DNA from: Candidatus Moraniibacteriota bacterium | GTDB lineage: Bacteria > Patescibacteriota > Minisyncoccia > Moranbacterales > GCA-2747515 | Reading direction: 5' to 3' | DNA length: 64,000 nt | Assembly: GCA_016699795.1 (NCBI GenBank) | Contig: CP065011.1 | Span: 155,131-219,130, forward strand | Shown here: in pieces, positions 45,268-55,522 of the stretch | Position numbering within the stretch: position 1 is the stretch's first letter | How the letters are laid out: each line of letters starts with the position of its first letter | Position numbers and translations under genes: made by a program | The notes under the pieces: generated by a model | The model's input: only the letters and a program-made list of their open reading frames with translations | What the model was told of the DNA's origin: nothing | The model's database searches: none

Positions 45268-46383
45268 ATGCGAATACTCTTTCTTTCTAAATCATATCCT
45301 CCTACTATTGGCGGAATAGAAAATCAAAATTTTGAGCTTGCTGAGGCTCTCAAAAAACATGTTTCTGTAACTGTCATTGCCAATACCCGAGGGAAAAAAT
45401 TTCTTCCATTTTTTTTGCCTTATGCATTTATTAAGTCTCTCTTTCTTCTTAGAAAACATGACGTTATTCTTTTAGGAGATGGCGTTTTAGCACCCCTTGG
45501 ATTAGCACTTAGCGTTTTTTCTCCATCCAAAACATACGCCTCCGTTATTCACGGACTTGATATAACATTTGCCAAAAAAAAATCCATTTTGGGAATTCTT
45601 TATCGCTTTATCAATATTCCGTCACTTTCCCTTCTCGATCATATTCTTGCTGTGGGAAATGAAACTATCCAAGAAGCAGTAAGCGCTGGTATTCCACGGA
45701 AAATATGCACTTTTATACCCAATGGAATTAATCCTTCTACCGTCATTGCAAAAAGAACAAGAAAAGATTTAGAAAAACTTCTTGAAAGGAAACTTGAAAA
45801 CACCTTTGTTATTCTTCGTGTTGGGCGATTTGTCGAGCATAAGGGCGTAGAATGGTTTATTCGAAATATTCTTCCTTATCTCCCTGAGGATGTTATTTTT
45901 ATCGCGGCTGGAGGCTTAGTAAAAAGCAAAAATGCTGGTGATGCTAATTTTTTTCCGGAGTGTAAAAAAACTGTCCAAGAGCTCAAACTTCAAACTAAAG
46001 TTCATTTTTTTACAAATATTCCTTGGAAAGATATGCAAACGCTTTACAACACTGCTGATATTGTCGTATCTCCCAATATTCGAATACCAGGATCTATGGA
46101 GGGTTTTGGTATTAATGCTATCGAAGCAGGCGCTTGCTCTCGAGCTGTTATTGCTAGTGATTTAGATGGCCTTAAAGACGCTGTTCATAATGAAAAAAAT
46201 GGAATTCTCTTAGAACCCGCCAATAAAGAACTTTGGATAAAAACTTTGAGAGAACTTCTTGATAATAAAGAAAGAAGAGAACTTCTTGGAAAAAATGCGC
46301 ATGATTATGTTCTCAAAAACTTCACACGAGAAATAATGGCTGAAAAATATCTGAAAATACTCCGAACGAAAAGAAAGAAATAA
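45268..46383 (+). CDS. family 4 (GT-B) glycosyltransferase
   Basis: 371 aa; EX7E motif region SMEGFGINAIEAGACSRAVIASD. Confidence 0.8.
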   Translation: MRILFLSKSYPPTIGGIENQNFELAEALKKHVSVTVIANTRGKKFLPFFLPYAFIKSLFLLRKHDVILLGDGVLAPLGLALSVFSPSKTYASVIHGLDITFAKKKSILGILYRFINIPSLSLLDHILAVGNETIQEAVSAGIPRKICTFIPNGINPSTVIAKRTRKDLEKLLERKLENTFVILRVGRFVEHKGVEWFIRNILPYLPEDVIFIAAGGLVKSKNAGDANFFPECKKTVQELKLQTKVHFFTNIPWKDMQTLYNTADIVVSPNIRIPGSMEGFGINAIEAGACSRAVIASDLDGLKDAVHNEKNGILLEPANKELWIKTLRELLDNKERRELLGKNAHDYVLKNFTREIMAEKYLKILRTKRKK

Positions 46384-46568
46384 TAAAGAAGCTTAAAGAT
46401 ACTTGTATTTATTCGAGCCATTCTTTTACTTAAAAAATAGAATACTATTTCTACTATTTGAATAGCGTTAATTCTTGTAATACTAAAAACTTGTAAAAAA
46501 TAGAAGATTTTGATTTATAAAACAAGCTCATTAATGTTCTTAAAAAATTCTATTTTCTTTTTTAATTC

Positions 46569-47747
46569 TTATGAACTTTGAATGATCTTGGAAATATGCT
46601 CTTCGTCCTTACATCCGAAATCTTTACTTGCACTATAATACCTTTCTTTTTCGCCATAACATCCCCCATTATTCTCTGGTAAGGCTGTCATTACTGGCAA
46701 TAAAAAACCAATTTTTTGTTCTCTAAACTTATCATAAAGCGATTGTAATGTCTTAGCGCGATCTTTGCTATCCATACGAGCGAACGTGCTCATGTCATCT
46801 CCATGTTTCCCACTCCAATCAAGATGTACCAACACATTATGTGCATTCGTTACATATTGCTCATGCCAAAGAAGAGCCCAACACCAATCGCCCTCTTTTT
46901 TCCACCATCTTGAAAAGCAAGGTTTATTTTCAACTTTTCCATTAGCATATAAACCGACACCCCCCTCAATATAATCAAACATCTTTAAATATTCAGGGTC
47001 TGTAATATCATTCGTTTGGGCACCGATAACAATCTCTATATTTCGAGATTTTGCAGCATCTCGCATAAAGGTAATAATTTGGGGTATTCGAGTTTTCTTT
47101 GTGTCATCCTGAAGGAAAACTTGTCCAAACATAAAATTCTGGATTCCGATATCCATGGCTCGAGCGGTTATTTGCTCAAGATATAATCGATATTCTTTCT
47201 TTTCTAAAGAAGGAACGCATGTATGTTCTCCCCATTTATTTTTTGTATCTGGTGCGCACATATCATAAAAAGAAAAATTTCGATTTTCTTTTTCATAAAG
47301 ATAATCAGATTTGAGATGTATAGCCTCAGCAAGAAACATTCCCCACACAACGTCAGTCTTTCCTATCTTTTCGATAAAAGACTGTGCTTGATCGAAATCT
47401 GGAGGCTCCAACCATGTTTCAAGAGCTCTGTGCATAGAGTAACATGGGAGACGTTTCGCCATTTCAATATTTGATTCATCATCTCCATAACCCGAGAGCA
47501 ATCCATCTACGATACATCCTTCTTTTTTCATTCGATCTATCGATGGCGGTGGAATTTTTATAGTTTCCTTTTTTTCTTCTTTAGTATTTGCTTTTTCAAT
47601 AGTAGTATCCGTTTGTGCCAACTGTATAGAAACTGTTTCTTGTGAAACTGAAAATGTTTCGTAAGCACCATATCCCATCCCCATTACCATTGCTAAAAGA
47701 CAAAGAAAAAATCCATATAAAAATGTACGAAATTTTTTTATAAACAT
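46569..47747 (-). CDS. hypothetical secreted protein
   Basis: 392 aa; N-terminal signal/TM; Cys- and Trp-rich; no motif recognised. Confidence 0.4.
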   Translation of the reverse strand: MFIKKFRTFLYGFFLCLLAMVMGMGYGAYETFSVSQETVSIQLAQTDTTIEKANTKEEKKETIKIPPPSIDRMKKEGCIVDGLLSGYGDDESNIEMAKRLPCYSMHRALETWLEPPDFDQAQSFIEKIGKTDVVWGMFLAEAIHLKSDYLYEKENRNFSFYDMCAPDTKNKWGEHTCVPSLEKKEYRLYLEQITARAMDIGIQNFMFGQVFLQDDTKKTRIPQIITFMRDAAKSRNIEIVIGAQTNDITDPEYLKMFDYIEGGVGLYANGKVENKPCFSRWWKKEGDWCWALLWHEQYVTNAHNVLVHLDWSGKHGDDMSTFARMDSKDRAKTLQSLYDKFREQKIGFLLPVMTALPENNGGCYGEKERYYSASKDFGCKDEEHISKIIQSS

Positions 47748-47862
47748 AAATCCTCTACAACATTATCTATCCCTTTTAAGATCCTTACATGAAATACAAA
47801 AAAGAACAAAAAAAATTCCTTTTATCGAAAATATATATCCATCAGACTCCTTATGCTATATC

Positions 47863-49311
47863 TCAGATCTTATTCTTTACTACTTGTAGATCTTCTTGGG
47901 AAAGCACTTTGAAATACAATAAAATTCCTACATATAAACTAAATATGATAGGTGAAATAACAAAAAGATAAAGAATAGAAATTGGAAATAAACAAGCTAT
48001 ACCATATATAACAACACCAGCAAAAACAGAAATTCCTATTTCACGAAATAAAAGATGTGCTCCAAAAACTCGATATATAAAAAAGAGTACAGCGAAAAAG
48101 ACGAGAATAGCCACAAACAATTTTACTCCCACAAAACCCAAAGTACCATATTTTTCTGCACCCAAGAAAAGAAGGGCGCCATTAAGAACTAGAGCACTCG
48201 TAGCGATTCCTGCGGGAATATATCCCTTCCCCGCACCTATGAAAGCAAATCCACACACATACAAAACGGTTAAAAATCCCATAGCCGAACTTAAAATCAT
48301 AAGAAAAGAAGAAGCTCCGCTAAATTGTGACCCGAACAATAAACGAATGACTGGCTCTGCATACACTGAAAGAATTACTACGAATGGAATGGTAAGGAAA
48401 AGCATAAAACGAAGAGCTAAAGTAATAAGCATTTTCGCTTTTTTAAAACTTTTAAAAACACGTGCTTCCGAAATTGTAGGAAGAAGAATAATAGTAAGGG
48501 CATAAAAAAGAAATGTTGGGATTCTAGCAATTGTAAGAGCGGAACTGTATTCTCCCACAAGAACATCGTCTCCTGTTGTATATTTCAAAACATACATATC
48601 AAAGGAAATAAGTATTTCAAAAATTACCAAAAATATCGTTGTAGCACCCGCAAGAGAAAGTACATCATGAAAAGAAAATGTTGCTATTTCTTTAGAATCT
48701 TTCTTTTCAAACTTCCTCTCTTTATCTAATTGCCATGCTAAAAGAAAAATAAAAAAAGGAACAATTAAATATCCTGCAATAATTCCTGCCAAATGAAACC
48801 AGTATGCCAAGCCGATAATTACAGTCATACGAAGAAGTGCTCGCACAAATTTGAGTATGGATTGAATATGAAAATATTTAAGTCCAGAATAATAATGAAA
48901 ATAATAAAGATCTGCTCCATAAAGAGGAATAATAAAAGAAGCTATCCAAAAAAGTTCTGTAAGAGAAGAATCTCCCAAAAATGAAGCCAAAAGTGGTGCG
49001 CTTAAGAAAAAAATTCCTCCTGCCAAAAACATAAAAATAGATTGCCAAAGAGCGATCCGTCTTTTAATAAGAAAAACCATTTCTTGATCTCCTTTGGCAT
49101 AAGATGCACTCAAAAATTTTCCCATAGCAATAGGCAGTCCCGCTCCGACAAGATTGGCTATTATAAGTGTTATCGTTATGACTAGGGAATATTTTCCATA
49201 ATCCTCCACACCCAAAATTCTCCCCGCTCCCATATGGACAACATAGCCGGAAAGATAAAAAAGAAATTCTGCTCCAAAGAGCCAAAAAAAGGATTTTCCA
49301 AGAGTTGCCAT
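47863..49311 (-). CDS. polysaccharide flippase-like (Wzx/MOP superfamily) membrane protein
   Basis: 482 aa; about 12-14 TM helices; size and topology typical of oligosaccharide flippases; sits in the glycan locus. Confidence 0.55.
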   Translation of the reverse strand: MATLGKSFFWLFGAEFLFYLSGYVVHMGAGRILGVEDYGKYSLVITITLIIANLVGAGLPIAMGKFLSASYAKGDQEMVFLIKRRIALWQSIFMFLAGGIFFLSAPLLASFLGDSSLTELFWIASFIIPLYGADLYYFHYYSGLKYFHIQSILKFVRALLRMTVIIGLAYWFHLAGIIAGYLIVPFFIFLLAWQLDKERKFEKKDSKEIATFSFHDVLSLAGATTIFLVIFEILISFDMYVLKYTTGDDVLVGEYSSALTIARIPTFLFYALTIILLPTISEARVFKSFKKAKMLITLALRFMLFLTIPFVVILSVYAEPVIRLLFGSQFSGASSFLMILSSAMGFLTVLYVCGFAFIGAGKGYIPAGIATSALVLNGALLFLGAEKYGTLGFVGVKLFVAILVFFAVLFFIYRVFGAHLLFREIGISVFAGVVIYGIACLFPISILYLFVISPIIFSLYVGILLYFKVLSQEDLQVVKNKI

Positions 49312-49336
49312 AGAGTAATTTTAAAGGCTGATCTTT

Positions 49337-49750
49337 TTAATTTATACGATCATCCACCGAACGATAAATACTTCTTTTTTCTCCTGAACTATTTTTAACC
49401 TCCACAGTGCGGAGATCTGAATCACATTCAGAAAAATTTTTCTCTTCCTCTATATTTACAAATATTTTTTTATCAAAATCAACAGCTATTTCTCCTTGAA
49501 AAACAACTTTTCTTCCACAAAAAATTTCATATGTAAATGTTTGTTTTTTTCCTCGTTGATATACACTAAAATCCAAAGATTCTAATTTTTCTGGCTCAAC
49601 AAAAGAAATTTCCCACATATTCGAACTTTTTTCTTGAGAAACGCTTCTTCCTCCAAAAACTATCAAGAAAAATCCAATAAAAAGCACGCCCCCCACACTT
49701 GAAAGCATTTGGAGTGGTGTCATCTTTTGAAGTGGATCTGGTATATTCAT
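49337..49750 (-). CDS. hypothetical protein with N-terminal TM
   Basis: 137 aa; no motif. Confidence 0.35.
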   Translation of the reverse strand: MNIPDPLQKMTPLQMLSSVGGVLFIGFFLIVFGGRSVSQEKSSNMWEISFVEPEKLESLDFSVYQRGKKQTFTYEIFCGRKVVFQGEIAVDFDKKIFVNIEEEKNFSECDSDLRTVEVKNSSGEKRSIYRSVDDRIN

Positions 49751-49761
49751 ATGTTCTCTAT

Positions 49762-51717
49762 TTACTTTCCAAAATATTCGTATACAGAAAAATTCTCTCC
49801 AGAATATACCCGAGAAAATTCTTCATTTTCGCGAAATTTTTTTCCATCAAGGGATTCATTGATGGCGATCGCTTTAATATTAAGATCCTGATAACATTTT
49901 CTAGCTTCTTTCGTTTCTGGATAACTTATTGCATCCAGAGTACAGCGTTCAGACTTATCAGATGATCGATCATATCGAAAAAGATGTGCTCGATAGAAAG
50001 GATAATTATAATCACGCATAAAATATGATTTTATCCACGATCCCCCATTAATATTAATATGATCATACATTATCGTTTCTTCAGAGTGAGAATATTTTTC
50101 TCCTAAAAAAGAAGCGAGTCGATGAAGTTCCCCTGCTTTTATGGGTGAATTTCCAGAATTTAAAAAACCTATATTATCTGCCCATCCAGAAAAAGCAAAT
50201 CCAAGAAAAAACATAAAGACAAAACCTTGAAGAAAAATAGGAGGGAGCATTTTTTCTCTTTGAATCAAAGAAAATACTTCAATAACAAATAATGAAGTTA
50301 ATAAAACAAAAGGAATAATAGTATAATTCGCTGTTCTTACAGTAGGAATGTCTATACCCACAAGCGATGGAAAAAACACAAGAGCCAAAAGTGGTACCGA
50401 CCAACCCATAAGAATAGCCGGAGCAAACAAAGAAAAATCGTTTTTATTTTGAGAAGGATTTCGAAATCTTCGTATCACAAGAATGGAAAGAAAAATAATT
50501 CCAAAAACACCAAAATAAGCACGGTCTTCTCCTATAGTCAGTGCGTATTGCTCAAACGATATACCCATGTGTTCTTCTTTTTCTACAGGAGAACCTACTA
50601 CAGTTTGAACAGCTTTATTCGTAATATACGATGGTGTCCATACGAAAAAAAATAAGAATAAGCCCATAACCAAGACAATCCAAATTGAAGGCCTCAAAAG
50701 AAGTGGCACAATATTCTGTATGCAATATTTTCTTCCAAAAATAAAAAGGAATGTTACAATACCCACAAGAGAAAGAGCAAAAAGAAGTGTTGAAAGATGA
50801 TGTGTATAGGCCAAAACGAATAAGAAAAATATTCCCAAAGATAGAAAAATAGAATTTTTTTTCATTATTCCTACGAGAAAAACAAGGATACTCATTACAA
50901 TAAATAAATTACCCAAAGTATTTCCCACTACTCCACCCACAATATATTTCATTTGAGGCGAATCTAATCCAAATAAAATCCCCACACCAAACAAAGAAAA
51001 AACAGCTAACGTTTCAGAATGGAAAGTTCCAGCAAATAAACGTCTTGCCAAAATATAAACACCCAGCAATGTCATAATATGTACAAAGAACAAAGTAAAT
51101 ATGGGGTATATAGAAATTAAACTTGTTCCAGTTAAAATCGCTATCACGGAAAAAATGACATGTTCTCCCACAATAACATCTGATATAGGTTCAGGTTCGG
51201 AAACGGAATGTTTTTCATTCTCAGAGTCCGCCATAAGAATTTCACGTTCTTGGTATTTTGGTAATTCACCAGAGAGAATAATTGATTGTGACCAGTACAT
51301 ATGATGTCCCAAGTCTGTCGAGATAGGAATTGGATTTTGAGAAAGAAATAAAGATTTAAGAAGAACTAAAAGTGTAAAAATAATAAGAAAACCAAAAGAA
51401 AAAGATTTTTTGTTATGGTTCTTTAAAAACTCTTTTGCGTTTCTACTCGAATTTCGAACAAATAAAACAAATAAAATAATCCACGTAATATACAAAATAC
51501 TCAAAGAAACAGCATCGATCCGAATATTCAAAACATCCATCAAAATAGCAGAAAAAAGAGCAAGAGAAAGACTCAAAACAAAAGATATAACCAATGTTTC
51601 AACTGGATCAAAAAGATGTTTTTTATCGATATACCGCATTAAAACAACGCCGGGAAAAAACATTACTACGATAAAAACACCAAGGAAAAGAAGATTTTCA
51701 GCAACGAATTCGATCAT
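49762..51717 (-). CDS. large polytopic membrane protein, possible GT-C-type glycosyltransferase
   Basis: 651 aa; more than 12 TM helices followed by a ~120-aa soluble C-terminal domain. Function is inferred from context only. Confidence 0.4.
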   Translation of the reverse strand: MIEFVAENLLFLGVFIVVMFFPGVVLMRYIDKKHLFDPVETLVISFVLSLSLALFSAILMDVLNIRIDAVSLSILYITWIILFVLFVRNSSRNAKEFLKNHNKKSFSFGFLIIFTLLVLLKSLFLSQNPIPISTDLGHHMYWSQSIILSGELPKYQEREILMADSENEKHSVSEPEPISDVIVGEHVIFSVIAILTGTSLISIYPIFTLFFVHIMTLLGVYILARRLFAGTFHSETLAVFSLFGVGILFGLDSPQMKYIVGGVVGNTLGNLFIVMSILVFLVGIMKKNSIFLSLGIFFLFVLAYTHHLSTLLFALSLVGIVTFLFIFGRKYCIQNIVPLLLRPSIWIVLVMGLFLFFFVWTPSYITNKAVQTVVGSPVEKEEHMGISFEQYALTIGEDRAYFGVFGIIFLSILVIRRFRNPSQNKNDFSLFAPAILMGWSVPLLALVFFPSLVGIDIPTVRTANYTIIPFVLLTSLFVIEVFSLIQREKMLPPIFLQGFVFMFFLGFAFSGWADNIGFLNSGNSPIKAGELHRLASFLGEKYSHSEETIMYDHININGGSWIKSYFMRDYNYPFYRAHLFRYDRSSDKSERCTLDAISYPETKEARKCYQDLNIKAIAINESLDGKKFRENEEFSRVYSGENFSVYEYFGK

Positions 51718-51769
51718 GTCTTTATTATCATCGAAAAACTAATGAAAAGCAATTCTTATTTCAGAATTT

Positions 51770-52339
51770 TTAACCTTCACCGAAAATTTTCAAACGTAAA
51801 GATTCTTTTCCTTTTCCTGTTTTGGCACTCATCCAAAGAATGGAATCTTCAACGCCTTTCTCTCTAAATTTCTTTAATGCCTTATATTTCTCTTTTTGAG
51901 TAAGTTTGTCTGATTTATTCGCAATAATAACAAAAGGAGTTTTTCTTTCAAGAAAAGCTTGTAAAATTTCTTCGTCAAAAGATTTAAGTCCTACCTGAGC
52001 ATCTACAATCAAAACAACGAGTTCCAATTCCACACCCGATTCAAAGAGAAACCACAAAAGATGTTTTCTTAATTTCTCTCTTGATTTTTCTGAAATTCTA
52101 GCATAACCATAACCAGGAAGATCTACAAAATATCGTTTTTTTCCTAATGAAAAGAAATTTATTTCTCGAGTTTTTCCAGGTTCAGAACTAGATCTCGCTA
52201 TTTTTTTCCCCACGAGGAGATTAATAAGACTTGACTTTCCAACATTAGAACGCCCAACAAAAACAATCTTCTTTTTTTCATCAGTTACGATGGGATCGGT
52301 ACCAATAATTCCTTTAATAAATTCAACGTCTATTATCAT
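51770..52339 (-). CDS. engB: ribosome biogenesis GTP-binding protein YihA/YsxC
   Basis: Start reassigned to MIIDVEFIKG; G1 GRSNVGKSS, G3 DLPGYG, G4 NKSD. Confidence 0.8.
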   Translation of the reverse strand: MIIDVEFIKGIIGTDPIVTDEKKKIVFVGRSNVGKSSLINLLVGKKIARSSSEPGKTREINFFSLGKKRYFVDLPGYGYARISEKSREKLRKHLLWFLFESGVELELVVLIVDAQVGLKSFDEEILQAFLERKTPFVIIANKSDKLTQKEKYKALKKFREKGVEDSILWMSAKTGKGKESLRLKIFGEG

Positions 52340-53051
52340 AATCAAAATGTAAGTATTTTTTCCAATGAATATATAAATCTCTCGTCGCTTCGATATCTCT
52401 AACATTATAACGAGCAATATCTTTATATTGCTTTTGTGCGAATAATCGGGAGACATCATTACCTGAAACCCCTTGAATTTTCGGACTTTCTATACCAAAT
52501 GCTCGGCACCAGAGATGAAGTGATCCTTTTCGACGAAGGGCTCCATAAAAACTTAATTCTTCTTGAAGATCTACATGCTTAGCTTCAGATCGTTGCAAAC
52601 TCATATAACGATTGGAAAGAAAGTTTTTCGTTGGTCTAATGCTATGCACAGCACTTCTTACCATAAGAAAAGGGACATCAAAACTTCTTCCATTAAAGGT
52701 AACCAGTGTTGAGTACTTTTGAACTCCTTTCCAAAAATGAAAAAGCATCTTCGCTTCATCCATCTGTTTGAACAGTACACCATTCTCTTGAAATTCGCCA
52801 AATACTTCTCCGGGAGCTTGAAAATAAACAACTGATTTATTCTTCTCTACATCCAAAAGTCCTAAAGCAATAATTTCTCCTGTAAGTGGAGAAAATCCCA
52901 TACCCTCCTTTACATACGTGAGTAATTCTTCATGTTCCTTAGGGTCATTTGTCTCTCGATCAATCCAGCGAGTTAATGCTTCCCTGGTAGGTTCGTCCAT
53001 TTCATCGTAGGACTCTCCTTTCGTCTCAATATCTAATACGAGAGTAGACAT
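52323..53051 (-). CDS. RNase H-like 3'-5' exonuclease (DnaQ/YprB-like)
   Basis: 242 aa; Exo I LDIET, Exo II FNGRSFDVPFL, Exo III YNVRDIEAT. Confidence 0.55.
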   Translation of the reverse strand: MSTLVLDIETKGESYDEMDEPTREALTRWIDRETNDPKEHEELLTYVKEGMGFSPLTGEIIALGLLDVEKNKSVVYFQAPGEVFGEFQENGVLFKQMDEAKMLFHFWKGVQKYSTLVTFNGRSFDVPFLMVRSAVHSIRPTKNFLSNRYMSLQRSEAKHVDLQEELSFYGALRRKGSLHLWCRAFGIESPKIQGVSGNDVSRLFAQKQYKDIARYNVRDIEATRDLYIHWKKYLHFDYDNRR

Positions 53052-53052
53052 A

Positions 53053-53469
53053 TTATTTACTATTCAAAGGAACATTATGATCCTTCTTTGAATCCTTAAG
53101 TAACGTATTAAAAATTAGACTTCCCAAAGAAAGTATCATTGCACCAAGAATAGCATACCCAAAACCTTCTACTTCAAATCCTTTAATAAAGGTTGAGAGA
53201 AACCAGAAAAGAAAACCATTTATCACAAAAAGGAATAATCCCAAAGTAACAATATTCAAAGGTAGGGTAAAAAATATCAATAACGGCTTCAAAAGAACAT
53301 TTACCACTCCCCAAAAAAATGCCAAGATTAAAGCCGTAGAAAAACTCTGCACTTCTATACCAGGAATATAACGAGAAATAATAAGAAATAAACCAGCAGT
53401 GAATAACCAACGAAAAAGAATCATACGAATAGTATCTAAAAAATTAAGAATTTTTTCGTCTCGTTGCAA
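53053..53469 (-). CDS. small polytopic membrane protein, hypothetical
   Basis: 138 aa; 4 TM. Confidence 0.4.
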   Translation of the reverse strand: MQRDEKILNFLDTIRMILFRWLFTAGLFLIISRYIPGIEVQSFSTALILAFFWGVVNVLLKPLLIFFTLPLNIVTLGLFLFVINGFLFWFLSTFIKGFEVEGFGYAILGAMILSLGSLIFNTLLKDSKKDHNVPLNSK

Positions 53470-54862
53470 GAACTTTTATAGTTCTTAAACAAAGAAGAAT
53501 ATCAAGGGAAAGCGACCAATTTTCAATATAAAAAAGGTCTAATCTAAACTCGTCCTCAAAATCCAAATCACTTCTTCCTGAAACCTGTGCCATCCCCGTT
53601 ATACCAGGTTTTATAGTAAGGAGTCTTCTGTGGTATTCTCGATACTTTTCAACTTCCCTATTTTGGTGAGGTCTGGGACCTACTAAACTCATACTTCCCA
53701 ACCATACATTAAAAAATTGAGGGAGCTCATCAAGAGAAAGACGCTCGATAATTTTTCCTATACGTGTCTTTCTGGGATCATCTTTAATTTTATAAATAGG
53801 ACCCTTTCTTGTATTTCTCTTTTTAATAAGTTCCTTTTCATAAGCAAGTGCTTCTTCATAATGAGGATTTTCCACTGATGTGCTATACCTCCATTTCATA
53901 TAACGAAATTTAAAAAGTCGAAATATTTTTCCATCTGCACCGACTCTATCATTTTTAAAAACAATAGGTCCATCAGGATCTTCTAATTTGATAAGAATCG
54001 CGATAATCATCATGATAGGGAAAGAAAGTAAAATCAATAAAGAAGATGCCACGATATCAAAAATGCGTTTGAGAATTTTTCCCCAACCATCTAAAGGTGT
54101 ATGTGTGACTTCAAAAACTGGTTCACCTTCAAATGTTCGTAGTCGTATTTTCGACGCTTGTATACTTGTGGGAACATATAAATAACCAATATTGTGAATA
54201 GAACAATAATCAATAAGTTTTTCCTGAAGATCATCAGGAACACTAGGATCACAAAGAATAATTTCATCTATACCCATTTTTTTTCGAACATCTTTAATTT
54301 GACGAAGATTAATACCCTCGACAATATCTACGACACGATATCCAAGTTTGGGAATACTTCCTAAAACACGAGAAAAAAATTTCGTTTTCTCACTTCCGTT
54401 TATAAGAAGAACTCTATGAACACCAATGCCTCTTCGCAAAAGAAGTTGTCTCTGTATAAAAAGAAGAATAAAACGAAAAATAACAACATAGAAAGTTGCT
54501 AAAATCCATGTAGCTAAAATAATAAAACGAGAAGCAAACCATTCATTCTGAAGAAATATCATTACAATCACAATAACCAATCCTATACTAAGAGCGCGAA
54601 AAACTCTTCCTATTTCAGAAATAAAAGATCTCGTAATTCGTATGCTATACAGCCCTTCAAATGCAAAAATTCCTAAAAGAAAAGGAATGATCAAAAGAAC
54701 GACATTTATATAATCGCCATAAGAAAACTCATAAAGACGATTATTAAAAATAATAACCTCTGGAATATTTCGAATCCAGTATGCCGTAGTGGCAGCAAGG
54801 GCAATAGCTAAAAAGTCGATCGGAACCTGAATACCACTAAAAAAAAGTTCGGATCGTTTCAT
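53444..54862 (-). CDS. polyprenyl glycosylphosphotransferase (WbaP/bacterial sugar transferase family)
   Basis: C-terminal domain DELPQFFNVWLGSMSLVGPRP. Start reassigned to the second Met because the tracked start overlaps the RNase P RNA. Confidence 0.75.
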   Translation of the reverse strand: MKRSELFFSGIQVPIDFLAIALAATTAYWIRNIPEVIIFNNRLYEFSYGDYINVVLLIIPFLLGIFAFEGLYSIRITRSFISEIGRVFRALSIGLVIVIVMIFLQNEWFASRFIILATWILATFYVVIFRFILLFIQRQLLLRRGIGVHRVLLINGSEKTKFFSRVLGSIPKLGYRVVDIVEGINLRQIKDVRKKMGIDEIILCDPSVPDDLQEKLIDYCSIHNIGYLYVPTSIQASKIRLRTFEGEPVFEVTHTPLDGWGKILKRIFDIVASSLLILLSFPIMMIIAILIKLEDPDGPIVFKNDRVGADGKIFRLFKFRYMKWRYSTSVENPHYEEALAYEKELIKKRNTRKGPIYKIKDDPRKTRIGKIIERLSLDELPQFFNVWLGSMSLVGPRPHQNREVEKYREYHRRLLTIKPGITGMAQVSGRSDLDFEDEFRLDLFYIENWSLSLDILLCLRTIKVLATRRKNS

Positions 54863-54887
54863 ATTGTTATCGAAGTTCACGAATAAT

Positions 54888-55279
54888 CGAAACAACGGAT
54901 CAAAACAGGTATATAAGCCGGATTCTGTCGAGGACGACCATTTCTCTAGACGTATCGTTACCGATACGCTCTTCTCCGATTAAGGAGAAAGCGACTCTTC
55001 TCTCAATAAAGAGAGACACGGTCTTGCATTCGGGTAAGGATTTAACCGTTTCACTTCTATAGTTTCCTATAGAACTCATCCTATTCGAAAATAGGATGTT
55101 TTCTTTTTCGCAAAAGAAAACGTCTCTGTTCGCACCTCGCGCTTCACAGCGTGCGGGAGTTACCCGCTACCCAGTTCCTTTAAAAAAATAAAGGGAATGT
55201 CCGGACTTTCCTCTTTCTCTCTTTATAAAATAAAAAGAAAAAGCGATCGTCATACCTGTTCTGATTCGTTGTTACGCTT
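54888..55279 (-). ncRNA. rnpB: RNase P RNA (bacterial type A-like) with extended P1
   Basis: Minus strand contains GAGGAAAGTCCGGAC (P4 5' strand) and ACAGAATCCGGCTTA (P4 3' strand). Long P1 pairs AACAACGAATCAGAACAGGTAT with ATACCTGTTTTGATCCGTTGTT. The region is GC-richer than its flanks. Confidence 0.75.
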
Positions 55280-55522
55280 AAAAAGAAACCCCTCTAAAAT
55301 AGCACATTTTATATTTTTTGTCAATAACATTCCCCTTTCTTTCTTTTTGTCTAAGCGTTTCTTAGGAAATCTCCTTCTCTTTACAAATCAGTACTTCGAG
55401 TATAGACGTTTTTTTGAAAAAATACCAATCTAAAAAAACTCTACTTTAAAAATAATTATTTTTCACAAACCTACCCTGGCAAGTATTTCTTTATTTCTAT
55501 GCATTCCAAGAATAAGAATATT

